In this document: one piece after another, positions 46,867 to 57,110 of the stretch | How the letters are laid out: each line of letters starts with the position of its first letter | Numbering within the stretch: position 1 is the stretch's first letter | Notes under the pieces: generated by a model | The model's input: the letters and a program-made list of their open reading frames with translations, nothing else | What the model was told of the DNA's origin: nothing | Databases searched by the model: none | Program-made: the position numbers and the translations under genes | DNA from: Candidatus Bathyarchaeota archaeon | GTDB taxonomy: Archaea; Thermoproteota; Bathyarchaeia; Bathyarchaeales; Bathycorpusculaceae | DNA: 64,000 nucleotides | Reading direction: 5' to 3' | NCBI GenBank assembly: GCA_963715865.1 | Contig: OY970280.1 | Coordinates: 1,728,001 to 1,792,000 of the forward strand

Positions 46867-47901
46867 ATGAGGATAATCTTGGTTGGCTATGGCGTAGTCG
46901 GGAGGGGCGTAGCTACTATTCTTGCTCACCGATATGCAGAGAAGGTTAAGGATTACGGGTTTAACCCAAAAATCGTTGCCATCGCCGATATAGATGGCGC
47001 GTTTATAAACCCAAGAGGTTTAAGCCCTGAAAAGCTGGGAACGCTTCGTTTTCCGATATCAGCGGACCCTGAGTTTGGTCATCCAGGAATATCAGCGTTA
47101 GATGTTATTGAATCGGTTGAAGCAGAAGTGGTCGTTGAAGTTACGCCCGTCAACATCAAAACCGGTGAACCAGCCCTATCGCACATCACTAAAGCGTTCA
47201 AAACAGGAAAACACGTTGTGACAACCAACAAAGGACCATTAGCCTTAGCCATGCCAGCCCTCACAGAACTAGCTGACTATAACAACGTTTTCCTGCGGTT
47301 TAGCGGCACGGTCGGTGGTGGAACCCCCATGCTTGAGTTCGCCAAAAGATGCCTCGCTGGAGACAAAATACTTGCCATACGAGGCATACTAAACGGCACA
47401 ACTAACTACATACTAACTGAAATGTCTCAAAACCGCGTGACCTTCCAAGAAGCGCTAACAAATGCACAGAAGCTCGGTTACGCCGAAACAGAGCCGTCCA
47501 TGGATATTGACGGGTTTGATACCGCCTGCAAAGTAGTCATTCTCGCGAACTGGATTATGAACAAGAAAATAACCTTAAAAGACGTAGATAGAACGGGCAT
47601 TCGCGAAGTGTCTTTGCAAGCACTTGAAGACGCCGCCAAAAAGAACAATACAATCAAGCTTATCGGTTCAATAGACGGCGACAAAGCGACAGTTAAGCCT
47701 ATAGAAATACCGAAAAACAATCCCTTATGCGTCAGTGGAGTCCTAAACGCGATAACTTTCTTTACCGAATATGCTGGCGAAGAAACCCTCATTGGCAGAG
47801 GGGCGGGCGGCATGGAGACCGCCAGTGCAGTTTTAAGGGACCTCTTAGACATAAGACATAAGTTAGCTAACCGACTGCTAAATAATAATTCGGAGTCATA
47901 A
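46867..47901 (+). CDS. hom: Homoserine dehydrogenase
   Basis: GYGVVG, TTNKGPLA, GILNGTTNYIL, GYAE..P..DIDG.D, GAGG.ETA. Confidence 0.96.
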   Translation: MRIILVGYGVVGRGVATILAHRYAEKVKDYGFNPKIVAIADIDGAFINPRGLSPEKLGTLRFPISADPEFGHPGISALDVIESVEAEVVVEVTPVNIKTGEPALSHITKAFKTGKHVVTTNKGPLALAMPALTELADYNNVFLRFSGTVGGGTPMLEFAKRCLAGDKILAIRGILNGTTNYILTEMSQNRVTFQEALTNAQKLGYAETEPSMDIDGFDTACKVVILANWIMNKKITLKDVDRTGIREVSLQALEDAAKKNNTIKLIGSIDGDKATVKPIEIPKNNPLCVSGVLNAITFFTEYAGEETLIGRGAGGMETASAVLRDLLDIRHKLANRLLNNNSES

Positions 47902-47903
47902 AA

Positions 47904-49310
47904 ATGAAAATCGTCATGAAGTTCGGCGGCACCAGCGTTGGCACAGGCGAAAACATACGCCATGTCGCCGACCTAGTAGCCCAAAACACCAAGAACGCCA
48001 AGGTCGCAGTGGTTGTTTCAGCGTTGGCAGGAGTAACTAACAGTCTAATTGAAGTTGCTGAGCAAGCAAAGAAAAGCGATGAAAAGCACATTCAAGCGTT
48101 CACAAAAGAGCTGTTGGATAAGCATTTGGCAACGGTTTCAACGGCTATTACCAGTAAGCATGTTCAAAAGGAAGTAACGCAAATCACCGAGAAGACCATC
48201 GCTGAGCTAGAGAAGGTTCTCACAGGCATATGTTATGTTGGTGAGCTTACGCCGAAATCTAAAGATTACGTTTTATCCTTTGGCGAACGGTTATCTGCGC
48301 CCATCGTTTGGGGCGCCATAAAAGACCTCAAGTTCGAAACGCAATGCTTTACAGGCAAAGAAGCAGGCATAGTCACCGACTCAAACTTCGGTGAAGCCGA
48401 CGCGCTCATGAACTTCACCACTCACCTCATCCGCGAACGGCTAGAACCACTATACGAAAAAGGCATAATCCCAGTAGTAACAGGTTTTATAGCGGCAAAC
48501 CAAGATGGCGTCGTAACTACCGTTGGTCGCGGCGGCTCAGACTATACTGCCACCATTCTTGGCGTAGCTTTGCAGGTTGATGAGGTCTGGATATGGACTG
48601 ATGTTGACGGTATAATGACCACCGACCCCAAAATCGTCCCGTCCGCACGAATGTTGCCGCAGCTCAGTTATCAGGAAGCAGCTGAAATGGCGATTTTCGG
48701 TGCAAAAGCCATGCACCCGCGTGCTTTAGAACCAGTAATCAAAGAAAACATCCCCGTTAGGATACGCAACGTTTTCAATCCTGACAACCCTGGCACATTA
48801 ATAACCAAAGAACCCTTCGCTAAAGCAACAGAAGTTGTTAAAGCTGTAGCCATGATAAAGGACGTTGCCATGTTAAACGTTAGCGGCGCAGGAATGGTTG
48901 GTGCGCCTGGAAGTTACGCTAAAGTGTTTGATGTACTGGGCAAAAACAACATTAACGTTATGATGATTTCCACGGCTGTTTCGGAAGCCAACATTTCAAT
49001 GATTATTCGGCGTGGTCTTTTGGGCAGGGCTATTAGCAACCTTGAAATTGCACTCTTAGACAGAAGCGGCTTAGTCAGCGAAGTTTCAACTGAAGACGAT
49101 GTTGCCGTAATAGCTGTAATGGGCGCCAACATGAAAGGAACCTTAGGTGTAGCGTCAAGAATATTCACGACTGTCGCCCGAAAGGGCATCAACATTCGCA
49201 TGATTGCTCAAGGCTCATCTGAACTAAACATCTCGTTCGTTGTCAAAGAGAAAGATGGGGAAGCTGTAGTGCGAGCTATCCACGAAGAATTCAATTTAGA
49301 CAAGATTTAA
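47904..49310 (+). CDS. lysC: Aspartate kinase
   Basis: MKFGGTSV, SFGERLSA, GRGGSDY, WTDVDG..T.DP, and two ACT domains. Confidence 0.96.
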   Translation: MKIVMKFGGTSVGTGENIRHVADLVAQNTKNAKVAVVVSALAGVTNSLIEVAEQAKKSDEKHIQAFTKELLDKHLATVSTAITSKHVQKEVTQITEKTIAELEKVLTGICYVGELTPKSKDYVLSFGERLSAPIVWGAIKDLKFETQCFTGKEAGIVTDSNFGEADALMNFTTHLIRERLEPLYEKGIIPVVTGFIAANQDGVVTTVGRGGSDYTATILGVALQVDEVWIWTDVDGIMTTDPKIVPSARMLPQLSYQEAAEMAIFGAKAMHPRALEPVIKENIPVRIRNVFNPDNPGTLITKEPFAKATEVVKAVAMIKDVAMLNVSGAGMVGAPGSYAKVFDVLGKNNINVMMISTAVSEANISMIIRRGLLGRAISNLEIALLDRSGLVSEVSTEDDVAVIAVMGANMKGTLGVASRIFTTVARKGINIRMIAQGSSELNISFVVKEKDGEAVVRAIHEEFNLDKI

Positions 49311-49691
49311 CGGTTTCAGGTATTTTCTAAGAAATTCGAAGCTTTCAGCTTGGAAAAGGTGGCTCGTGCAGCGGCAGTCGGAGCATCCGAAGCCGGTGAT
49401 TGGCGTGCTGTTTTGCGCAAGTAGATTGGCGATGTGGCATTCTTCCGTTTTGCACCCCGGCTTATAGTAGACGTTGATTATTTTTGCGGCTTTGTTGTTT
49501 AGCAGGTAGTCGATGTGCCAGAACAGGCGTTTCTCTTTCCTAAGGTGCCTCGCTACTCTAAGCGCTATGTTGTTTTGTGCAGAACCAACGTAAGCGTACA
49601 AGCCCGCGGGGAAAGTTATCTCGCCTAAGGCGCCGATCTTGCAGCGTATGCGCTTGTTTATTTGGATTATTAGGACGTAGGTGCCTTTCAA
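49296..49691 (-). CDS. GIY-YIG (Uri superfamily, DUF123) endonuclease
   Basis: KGTYVL, Y.YVGSA, RV.RH, WHIDYLL, FGCSDC.C.SHL. Confidence 0.9.
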   Translation of the reverse strand: MKGTYVLIIQINKRIRCKIGALGEITFPAGLYAYVGSAQNNIALRVARHLRKEKRLFWHIDYLLNNKAAKIINVYYKPGCKTEECHIANLLAQNSTPITGFGCSDCRCTSHLFQAESFEFLRKYLKPLNLV

Positions 49692-49787
49692 TGGTTTTCG
49701 CCTTTCTTATGTTATGTAAGCTGGGTAACGTTAGATTTGGTTGATCGCGTAAAAGTTTTGTTCAAACAATCGCTCTATTGGCAATCT

Positions 49788-51851
49788 CTAATTGTGGTCT
49801 TTTAGTTGGAGTTGGTCAAGCATCACCAGGGGGCTGTTGGTGGGCGGGAGGCATGTTTGGTTTTGGCAGACGTATGCGGTTGCTTTGCCTTCGATTTGCT
49901 GGTAGCCTAAGCCGGCTTTGCTTGGATGCTTAAGGGCAATAACCGTTGATGGTAGATAATGCTTCCTTATGGCGTTCAGCATGTCGGATGTGTCTTTTTC
50001 CTTTAAGTCGCCGACTACTGTCACGCTGTAGGATGGACCGATTAGAAAGCCGAGTGTGGAAAGGAAGAAAGTGAACGCTTCTGGCGCGCCTTCTATTTCT
50101 TGTGCGAATGTTTTGGTCATTTGGGTTGCCATCGTGTCGTATGTGGGTTCGTTGGTTAAGCGGCTGAGCCACAGTAAATCGTGTAGTGCTACCGAGTTGC
50201 CTGATGGTATCGCGCCGTCGTAGAGCTGCTTCATTCTTGGCATGGTGGCATCTCCGTTTTTCTGCGTTTGGTAGAACCCTCCGTTTTTGTCGTCCCAAAA
50301 CTTGGTTACCATGGTCTTCGTTAAATCAGTGGCAGCTTGAAGGTACTTGTCCTCGAATGACGCCTCGTAAAGCTCGATTAGTCCATACACGAAGAAAGCG
50401 TAGTCGTCCAAGAAACCTTCCACGGCTCTTTCGCCCTTTGCGTAACGGTGATAGAGCACGCCATCTTCGCGCATGTAGTCTAGGATGAAGTCGGCAGTTT
50501 TCATGGCGGTTTCAAGATATTTCGGTTCATTGAGAACGGTGCCTGTTTTGGCTAAGGCTGCGATCATTAAGCCGTTCCAGTCAGTTAAGATTTTATCATC
50601 TGTTGCGGGGGGTAAGCGTTTTTTTCTTGCTTCAAAGAGTGCGTCTCTTATGTTGTGCACGCGGGCGATAAGCTCTTCAAATGTTAAGCCTTTGTATGGT
50701 GCAAGTTCCTCTAGGGATTCGGCGATGCGGAGTATGTTTTTGCCTGAGCCGTCAGGAAAGTTGCCTTGTGGCTTTAACCCGAATATATGAACTGCTAAAT
50801 CGGCGTCGGCAGGAGGCAGCGTGTCGAGCACTTCGTCCATGGTCCAGAGGTAGAATTTGCCTTCTTCGCCTTCTATGTCGGCGTCTTGAGCTGAGTAAAA
50901 ACCTCCTTGTGGCGATGCTAAATCTCTTAGGGCGTAATCTATAATTTCTTTGGCTGCAAGCACGTATCTTTTGGTGCCTGTTGCCTGAAAAGCTTCCGTA
51001 TAGGCTAATGCCATCAGTGCTTGGTCGTAGAGCATTTTTTCGAAGTGCGGAACCAACCATTCTGCGTCAGTGCTGTATCGGTGAAAGCCGAAGCCTAACT
51101 GGTCGTAAATGCCTCCAAGCCGCATCTGCGTTAGCGTTTTTTCCACCATTGCCAGGGCGTTTTTTTCGCCTGTTCGCGCATAGTATCGGAGGAGGAATAG
51201 GAGGTTGTGGGGTCTTGGGAATTTGGGTGCTGTGCCGAAGCCGCCGTTTTTGTCGTCAAACTCCAGCGTTAAACGGTCGTAAGCGTCTTGCAAGACTTCT
51301 TTGCCGAGTTCTTTTTGGGGTGTTCTTTTTTCCATGGTTTCTATGCGGCTCTTGATGTCGGCGCCCACCATTTCCAGCTGTGCCCTCTGCCCTTTCCATA
51401 TTTGCATAACCTGCGGAACCAGATCCAACATGCCTATCAAGCCAGGTCTGCTGTGTTTTGGTATGTAGCTGGCGGCATAAAACGGGTTAAGCCGTTGCGT
51501 CATGAGTATGTTGAGTGGCCAGCCGCAGTTTCTTCCCATGGCTTGGCAAACTGCCATGTACTGGGCGTCTAAGTCGGGCCTTTCTTCACGATCAACTTTA
51601 ATGCAGACAAACGCCTGATTAAGCAGGTTGGCGACTTCTTGGTCGCTGAAGCATTCCGCTTCCATGACGTGACACCAGTGGCAACTGGCGTAGCCTATGC
51701 TCAGGAAAACTGGTTTGTTTTCAGCTTTCGCTCTATCGAAGGCTTCTTGGTTCCAAGGGTACCAGTCTACTGGGTTGTAGGCGTGCTGGAGAAGGTAAGG
51801 GCTTTTTTCATTTATCAGCCTGTTAGGCTTCTTTTCTTGATTTGGCTGCAA
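49788..51851 (-). CDS. Thioredoxin-domain / glycosidase-like protein (YyaL/SPATA20 family)
   Basis: [42 protein letters not shown]. Confidence 0.94.
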   Translation of the reverse strand: MQPNQEKKPNRLINEKSPYLLQHAYNPVDWYPWNQEAFDRAKAENKPVFLSIGYASCHWCHVMEAECFSDQEVANLLNQAFVCIKVDREERPDLDAQYMAVCQAMGRNCGWPLNILMTQRLNPFYAASYIPKHSRPGLIGMLDLVPQVMQIWKGQRAQLEMVGADIKSRIETMEKRTPQKELGKEVLQDAYDRLTLEFDDKNGGFGTAPKFPRPHNLLFLLRYYARTGEKNALAMVEKTLTQMRLGGIYDQLGFGFHRYSTDAEWLVPHFEKMLYDQALMALAYTEAFQATGTKRYVLAAKEIIDYALRDLASPQGGFYSAQDADIEGEEGKFYLWTMDEVLDTLPPADADLAVHIFGLKPQGNFPDGSGKNILRIAESLEELAPYKGLTFEELIARVHNIRDALFEARKKRLPPATDDKILTDWNGLMIAALAKTGTVLNEPKYLETAMKTADFILDYMREDGVLYHRYAKGERAVEGFLDDYAFFVYGLIELYEASFEDKYLQAATDLTKTMVTKFWDDKNGGFYQTQKNGDATMPRMKQLYDGAIPSGNSVALHDLLWLSRLTNEPTYDTMATQMTKTFAQEIEGAPEAFTFFLSTLGFLIGPSYSVTVVGDLKEKDTSDMLNAIRKHYLPSTVIALKHPSKAGLGYQQIEGKATAYVCQNQTCLPPTNSPLVMLDQLQLKDHN

Positions 51852-51990
51852 AAAAGGGACCTGCTTACTTTCATTATGAGCATGCGCCTTTTATTAACCG
51901 TTCGAGAGCATTGTAAGTATAGGATTGTATTGGAGTGTTGATTCCGAAGTGTTTATAGTTTACATTATATATTTTATTAACTGATCTTTA

Positions 51991-52434
51991 ATGAGTGAGA
52001 AAACAGTTTCGATTCTTAGGGCGCTGGGGAACCCGAATAAGGCAAAGATAATTGCGCATCTGGCTAAGCATAGGGGAGAGACTGCGGAAGGCATAGGCAA
52101 GCATCTGGGCTATCCGCTACCAACAGTCTACAAGTATCTAAGAGAGCTTGAGGCTGCAAGGGTCGTGGAGAGTGAAGCTAAGGGTAATACGAGGATTTAT
52201 TATGCGGGCGATTTCAAGCTTGAAGTGTCACCTGAGAAACTGATGGAGGCGTTCGAGGAACAAACAATAGAAGACGTTTACAGAGCCAAGTTTGGCGATG
52301 AAGGAATGAGAAGGCTTAGAGAGGTTGCTAAGAAGGCGAAGGCTGGCAAAATGACCTACAGGCAAGCGGCTTCCACTTTGGGCATAACCTATTATGAGTT
52401 TGTCTCGCTTTTGGAAGAGACTGGCGCAGCTTAA
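51991..52434 (+). CDS. ArsR-type HTH fused to a UPF0175-like antitoxin domain
   Basis: LRALGNP.K.KII..L...TVYKYL.ELE. C-terminal MTYRQAASTLGITYYEF..LL. Confidence 0.75.
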   Translation: MSEKTVSILRALGNPNKAKIIAHLAKHRGETAEGIGKHLGYPLPTVYKYLRELEAARVVESEAKGNTRIYYAGDFKLEVSPEKLMEAFEEQTIEDVYRAKFGDEGMRRLREVAKKAKAGKMTYRQAASTLGITYYEFVSLLEETGAA

Positions 52435-52931
52435 TGCATAAGCGCTTAGTCGTTGACTCATCTGTTCTAATAGCTTTAGATAGTCAGGGAAGACTTGAGG
52501 GTCGTTTAAGACAGAGAAAGGATGAAGGCTATGAGGCAATTATCCCTGAGGCAATAATGAAAGAAGTAATCGAAGAACCAGTGAAGATTGCTGAAGAAAT
52601 TAGGGAAAGGTCTCCAGTTTTGGCGGACAAAGTAAGGGCGTCAGCCATGAGCATTAACGGCGCGATTGATCAAGGGCTGATAAAAGTTGTAACTGTAGAT
52701 TACAGAAAGCATTCTAAGGTTATGGATAACGTCAGGAAACACTTGAGTAAGCTAGAAGCGAAGCCTGAACACATGATAAAGAAGGGAGACACAGAGCTTA
52801 TAGCGCTAGTAATTCAGCTCTATTACGAAAATAAGGAGAAAGTTTTCGTGGCAACGTTTGATAAAGGGCTACTCAAAGCCCTTAAGCCATTCAGCAAAGA
52901 AGTAGAATACGAAGTCTTAGAAAGACTTTGA
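52434..52931 (+). CDS. PIN-domain protein (putative toxin)
   Basis: LVVDSSVLIAL, IPEAI..EV, GDTELIAL, VATFDKGL. Translationally coupled to the upstream gene. Confidence 0.75.
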   Translation: MHKRLVVDSSVLIALDSQGRLEGRLRQRKDEGYEAIIPEAIMKEVIEEPVKIAEEIRERSPVLADKVRASAMSINGAIDQGLIKVVTVDYRKHSKVMDNVRKHLSKLEAKPEHMIKKGDTELIALVIQLYYENKEKVFVATFDKGLLKALKPFSKEVEYEVLERL

Positions 52932-53067
52932 AGATGAAGACCACAAAATTGTTTTGAATCTTTTGAGCTTACTAATGCTCTATGTATGTCTTTTTTGCTG
53001 CTTGGCCTTTTATTAACCTGTTTCGTGAGTTGTTGTAGGCATCTTGACTTTTGAAAAATTGTTGTAG

Positions 53068-53514
53068 TTATCTTTTGGTTTCTATGATTTGAAGAAATTC
53101 GTTCACTGGCATTATTTGCGTTTTCTTGTAGCAAGCTACTTTGAGGAGGTGCTTGTCGCCGCTAACTATGTAGTCTGCTCCAGCTGCAAAGGCGCATTCT
53201 ATGAACTTATCGTCTGCCGGATGTTCCTTAACAGCATTAAGCTTTTTCGTGACTTTGACGAATTTCGCAATTTTCAGCACTGTTTCAATTAAATCTTCTC
53301 TGCGTAATCTTTCAGCTTGGTAGGTCTTCTTAAGCTTAGGATAAGTTAAAACCTGATTAACTTCTGCGACAATTTCTTCGGACGTAAGGATGCTGACTCT
53401 GTACTGTTCGGCGGCCTTTATGATTTCTGCGGGTTTCCCACCCCAAAGCAATGCTGAAACCCAAACGTTTGTGTCAAGAACTACTTTTGGCTCTTGCTTC
53501 GTCGATGAGGGCAT
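53068..53514 (-). CDS. Putative toxin-antitoxin PIN toxin
   Basis: VVLDTNVWVSALL, DDKFIECA..AGADYIVSGD.HLL. Confidence 0.9.
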   Translation of the reverse strand: MPSSTKQEPKVVLDTNVWVSALLWGGKPAEIIKAAEQYRVSILTSEEIVAEVNQVLTYPKLKKTYQAERLRREDLIETVLKIAKFVKVTKKLNAVKEHPADDKFIECAFAAGADYIVSGDKHLLKVACYKKTQIMPVNEFLQIIETKR

Positions 53515-53734
53515 TTATGTCTTCCTCCGAAAGACCCATCTGTCGAACTCTAGCCCACACTGGCTTGAGGGTTTCTTCAAAGGATTTATCAATTATTTTT
53601 TTAAGAACAATGGTATCATCAATAGCTATTGCTAGGAGCTTCTCGCCTTTCTTGAGGCTAGCTGCCTTCCGCACATTCGCGGGGATAACCACTTGCCCTT
53701 TAGAGGAAACTTTAGTTGTGGATGCCTCCACCAT
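53474..53734 (-). CDS. AbrB/MazE-family antitoxin
   Basis: TTKVSSKGQVVIPANVRK...LKKGEKL. Start reassigned to the ATG at 53734. Confidence 0.88.
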   Translation of the reverse strand: MVEASTTKVSSKGQVVIPANVRKAASLKKGEKLLAIAIDDTIVLKKIIDKSFEETLKPVWARVRQMGLSEEDINALIDEARAKSSS

Positions 53735-53791
53735 GCTCTCACCACTCAAAAGTAAGAACATTCTTACTTATAACAATATTGCGAAAATAGC

Positions 53792-53883
53792 CTAGGCTTT
53801 ATCGATGGCTTCTCGACCCCACGGAAACCAGTCAACTGGGTTATAGGCGTGCTGGAAAAGGCAGGCACTTTTTAGCTATGAGA
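53792..53883 (-). pseudogene. Decayed 5' fragment of a YyaL-family gene
   Basis: Translates [22 protein letters not shown], versus [23 protein letters not shown] in 49788-51851. Confidence 0.8.
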
Positions 53884-54024
53884 ACTACACGTAAAAAGAG
53901 GGTATCCCTTCGGACCATCAGCTTTGTGGGGGCACTGACTCCTTTCAGCAGTTATTTTGCGAAATCGTCCAAACCAGACTAAATCTAGCGTGCCTGTTGA
54001 TTTCCATTCTTACTGTTATGTAGC

Positions 54025-55119
54025 TCAGACTAGTCTGAGGAGCGTCTCCTTGTAAACCTGAATCGCATTCAAGTACTCGCTTATGTCAATGTGCTCATCT
54101 AAGGTGTGGTCAAGGTGCGAGTCGCCTGGACCGTAAGTGACTATGGGCAGGTTCATGGCTTTACCGAGAATGTTCATGTCGCCGGTTCCGGTTTTGCGCA
54201 GAAGCGTTGCTGGCTTGTTCAGCACTTTCCTAACCGAAGACGATAATACATGTACCAGCGGTGAAGCCTTGTTCACTTCAAAAGGCTCGACAGTGTCTAA
54301 AACGGTTGCTTTCGCAGTAACCTTCGGATTAGCAGCCTGATACTTCGCAATTAACTTCTCTATCTCCTCAAAAACCTGAGCCGTGGAAAATTGGATTGGC
54401 ACTCGAACGTCAATGTTCAATTCAGCTTCAAACGGAATCACGGAGGTTGCTCTGCCACCCGTAACTTTAACCAAGCAGACTGTAACAGCATAAAAAGGGC
54501 TCTCTGCAGGCTCCAGCGCCGGATAAGGATACGCGTTTTTGATTTGTCCCCAAAGCTCATACGCTTTCTCCAACGCGTTCTCGTAAAGCCAAGGCATAGA
54601 CGCATGACCAGTCTGAGTCCTGCAAACAATCTTAAGCTGGATTTGACCTTTGTAACCGATGGTTACGTTCTCAACACCGCTGGGCTCACCAAAAATCGCG
54701 TAGTCAGCCTTAATTCCCTGAGTTATCAAGTGCTTGACGCCTCGGCTGGTGGCTTCTTCCTCGACAACGCTTGCAACTAAAATTTTACCCTTAAACCCCG
54801 GCTCCTTACCAGCAGCAGCCGCAGCCATAACCATCGCAGCAAGCGGACCTTTAGCGTCCACAGCGCCACGAGCATAGAGTTTGCCTTCTTCAATCCGAAG
54901 CGGCAAATGCCCAGCCACCGTATCCATGTGCCCGCATAACAAGATGACTGGTTCGCCTTCACCCACAACGCCTATTACGTTTCCGATGCCATCTTTTCCA
55001 ACATCAAAACCCATCTTCTTCATTTCATAAGCTAAGAAGTTGGCTATATCCTCTTCTTTTCCTGAAGGACTGTAAATGCCAAGAAGATTAGTTAGGAACC
55101 GTACTGCTTGCTCGCTCAT
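54025..55119 (-). CDS. lysK: [LysW]-lysine/ornithine hydrolase (M20 family, LysK/ArgE)
   Basis: GHMDTV, ARGAVDAKGP, VEEE, GEPS, YGPGDS.LDHT.DE. Confidence 0.93.
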   Translation of the reverse strand: MSEQAVRFLTNLLGIYSPSGKEEDIANFLAYEMKKMGFDVGKDGIGNVIGVVGEGEPVILLCGHMDTVAGHLPLRIEEGKLYARGAVDAKGPLAAMVMAAAAAGKEPGFKGKILVASVVEEEATSRGVKHLITQGIKADYAIFGEPSGVENVTIGYKGQIQLKIVCRTQTGHASMPWLYENALEKAYELWGQIKNAYPYPALEPAESPFYAVTVCLVKVTGGRATSVIPFEAELNIDVRVPIQFSTAQVFEEIEKLIAKYQAANPKVTAKATVLDTVEPFEVNKASPLVHVLSSSVRKVLNKPATLLRKTGTGDMNILGKAMNLPIVTYGPGDSHLDHTLDEHIDISEYLNAIQVYKETLLRLV

Positions 55120-56299
55120 TTTCTTCTTCCCCTAAAACCTCGTCTAAAACAGCAACTGCCCGATTAATCTGTTCTTTCTCAATCACAAGCGGCGGCAATA
55201 AACGAACTACGGTTCTTCCAGCATCCAGCACCAGAACACCTCTCGCTACTGCCTTAAGAATCACGTTAAGAACGTCATACCGCAATTCCACACCAAGCAT
55301 CAAGCCTAAACCGCGAACTTCCTTGACGATTTTATGCTTAGCCTGCAAACCTTCCAACTGAACCTTGAAATACTTGCCCATTTCCGCCGCGCGTTCAGCA
55401 AGTTTTTCTTCCACAAGCGCATCTATGGCAGCGCATCCAGCAGCACAAACCAGCGGGCTTCCACTGAAAGTAGTCGAGTGCTCACCAACTTTAAGCGCTG
55501 ACATAATGTTTTCCTTGGCTACGGTTATGCCGATTGGTAAGCCGCCTGCAAACGGCTTCGCCAAACACATAACATCAGGCGTAACACCCCAGTTCTGGCA
55601 CCCGAACAGTTTGCCCGTCCGTCCGAAACTGGTTTGCACCTCATCAAAGATTAAGAGAACGTTCTTTTCGTCGCAGATTTCACGTACCGCCTGCAAGTAA
55701 CCGTCTGGTGGAACACGAACACCGCCTTCACCGCGGATTGGCTCCATCAAAACTGCGGCTGTTTTCTCTGTTATGGCTTCACGGATTTTATCGGCATTGT
55801 CAGGCGCTACATGCTTGAACCCTGGAACCAGCGGCATGAAAGGCTCGCGGTATTTCTTGTCCCATGTGGCGGATAGTGCGCCCATGGTTTTGCCGTGAAA
55901 AGCGCCCATTAAAGCGATTATTTCTGGTTTACCTTTGAATTTGCGGGCGAGTTTTATGGCGCATTCGACGGATTCGGCGCCGCTGTTTGAAAGAAACGCT
56001 TTGTCCAAGCCTTTCGGCGTTATCTGCACAAGCTTCTCTACGAATTCAGCGCGTTTGTCATTGTAGAAGCCGCTGTGACAAGAAATCAACTTTTCAGCTT
56101 GAGCGCAAACTGCCTGCACAACTTTTGGGTGACAATGCCCCAGCAACGCTACACCATAGCTGCTTGTGCAATCAACGTATTCTTTGCCATTTATATCCCA
56201 AACAAGCGCGCCTTTACCTCTTGTAAGTACGACTGATTTTTTGGAGAAAACATTCGCCATGAACCGATTTTCAATATCCATTATGTCTTTGTCATTCAC
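55088..56299 (-). CDS. lysJ: [LysW]-aminoadipate/glutamate semialdehyde aminotransferase (LysJ/ArgD)
   Basis: NSGAESVECAIKLAR, FHGKT.G, EPI.GEGG, DEVQT, AK..AGG, H.TTF.G. Confidence 0.93.
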   Translation of the reverse strand: MNDKDIMDIENRFMANVFSKKSVVLTRGKGALVWDINGKEYVDCTSSYGVALLGHCHPKVVQAVCAQAEKLISCHSGFYNDKRAEFVEKLVQITPKGLDKAFLSNSGAESVECAIKLARKFKGKPEIIALMGAFHGKTMGALSATWDKKYREPFMPLVPGFKHVAPDNADKIREAITEKTAAVLMEPIRGEGGVRVPPDGYLQAVREICDEKNVLLIFDEVQTSFGRTGKLFGCQNWGVTPDVMCLAKPFAGGLPIGITVAKENIMSALKVGEHSTTFSGSPLVCAAGCAAIDALVEEKLAERAAEMGKYFKVQLEGLQAKHKIVKEVRGLGLMLGVELRYDVLNVILKAVARGVLVLDAGRTVVRLLPPLVIEKEQINRAVAVLDEVLGEEENERASSTVPN

Positions 56300-57110
56300 C
56301 TGTTATCACTGTACCAACCTTATGATTCAAAGCGGAACTAATAGGCTGATTTCCCGTGCCTGAGGTAACTAAAACTTCCTTGACACCTTGATTTAACGCT
56401 TCCAGCGCCGCGTGCACTTTGGTGCTCATGCCTTGCCCAATGCTTGACATGACCTCTTTAACTTCGGTTGCACTAATTTTCGGAACGCACTCGCCCTTAA
56501 GCATTAAGCCTTGCACGTCAGTAAGTAGGATTAGGCGGTCTGCTTTGAGGGCACCCGCGATTATGGCTGCTGCTCTGTCGCCGTCCACGTTGAGTGACTC
56601 AAAATCTTGGCTCACCGCAATAGGCGTCACAATCGGCACGTAACCTTTTTCAAGCAGAAGATTCAGCAGACCAGCGTTGACTTGAGTTATTTTTCCAGTG
56701 TAACCGCCATCGATTACTTTTTTTCTGCCGCGTTCGTCAACGGCGATGAGCTTGGTTTTTCGTTCAGCCTTCAAGGTTGCCGCATCCAAGCCGGTTACGC
56801 CGACAGCTGGGATGCCTTGGCTTTGCAGCGCTAAAACGATTTGCTTGTTGATTTTGCCTGCCATAACCATAGTGTAAATCTCAATTGTTTCTTTGTCGGT
56901 GTAGCGGCTTCTGAACCCTTCGGGTGAAATTATGAATTTTTGTTCTTTGCCGAGTTTTGAGGCGATTTCGGTGACTTCGACGCCTCCGCCGTGCACAATG
57001 ATGACCTTGTTGTCTTTGGCTACGTCTTTTAGGTCGGCGACTAAATCGGTTGATGCGCCTTCTTTGAGTATGCTTCCGCCCATCTTAATTACAAGCAGCA
57101 TTGCTATCAC
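56292..57110 (-). CDS. lysZ: [LysW]-aminoadipate/glutamate kinase (LysZ/ArgB)
   Basis: IKMGGS, VHGGG, SPEG..SRYT, NVDGDRAA, GM..K. Confidence 0.93.
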   Translation of the reverse strand: MIAMLLVIKMGGSILKEGASTDLVADLKDVAKDNKVIIVHGGGVEVTEIASKLGKEQKFIISPEGFRSRYTDKETIEIYTMVMAGKINKQIVLALQSQGIPAVGVTGLDAATLKAERKTKLIAVDERGRKKVIDGGYTGKITQVNAGLLNLLLEKGYVPIVTPIAVSQDFESLNVDGDRAAAIIAGALKADRLILLTDVQGLMLKGECVPKISATEVKEVMSSIGQGMSTKVHAALEALNQGVKEVLVTSGTGNQPISSALNHKVGTVITGE

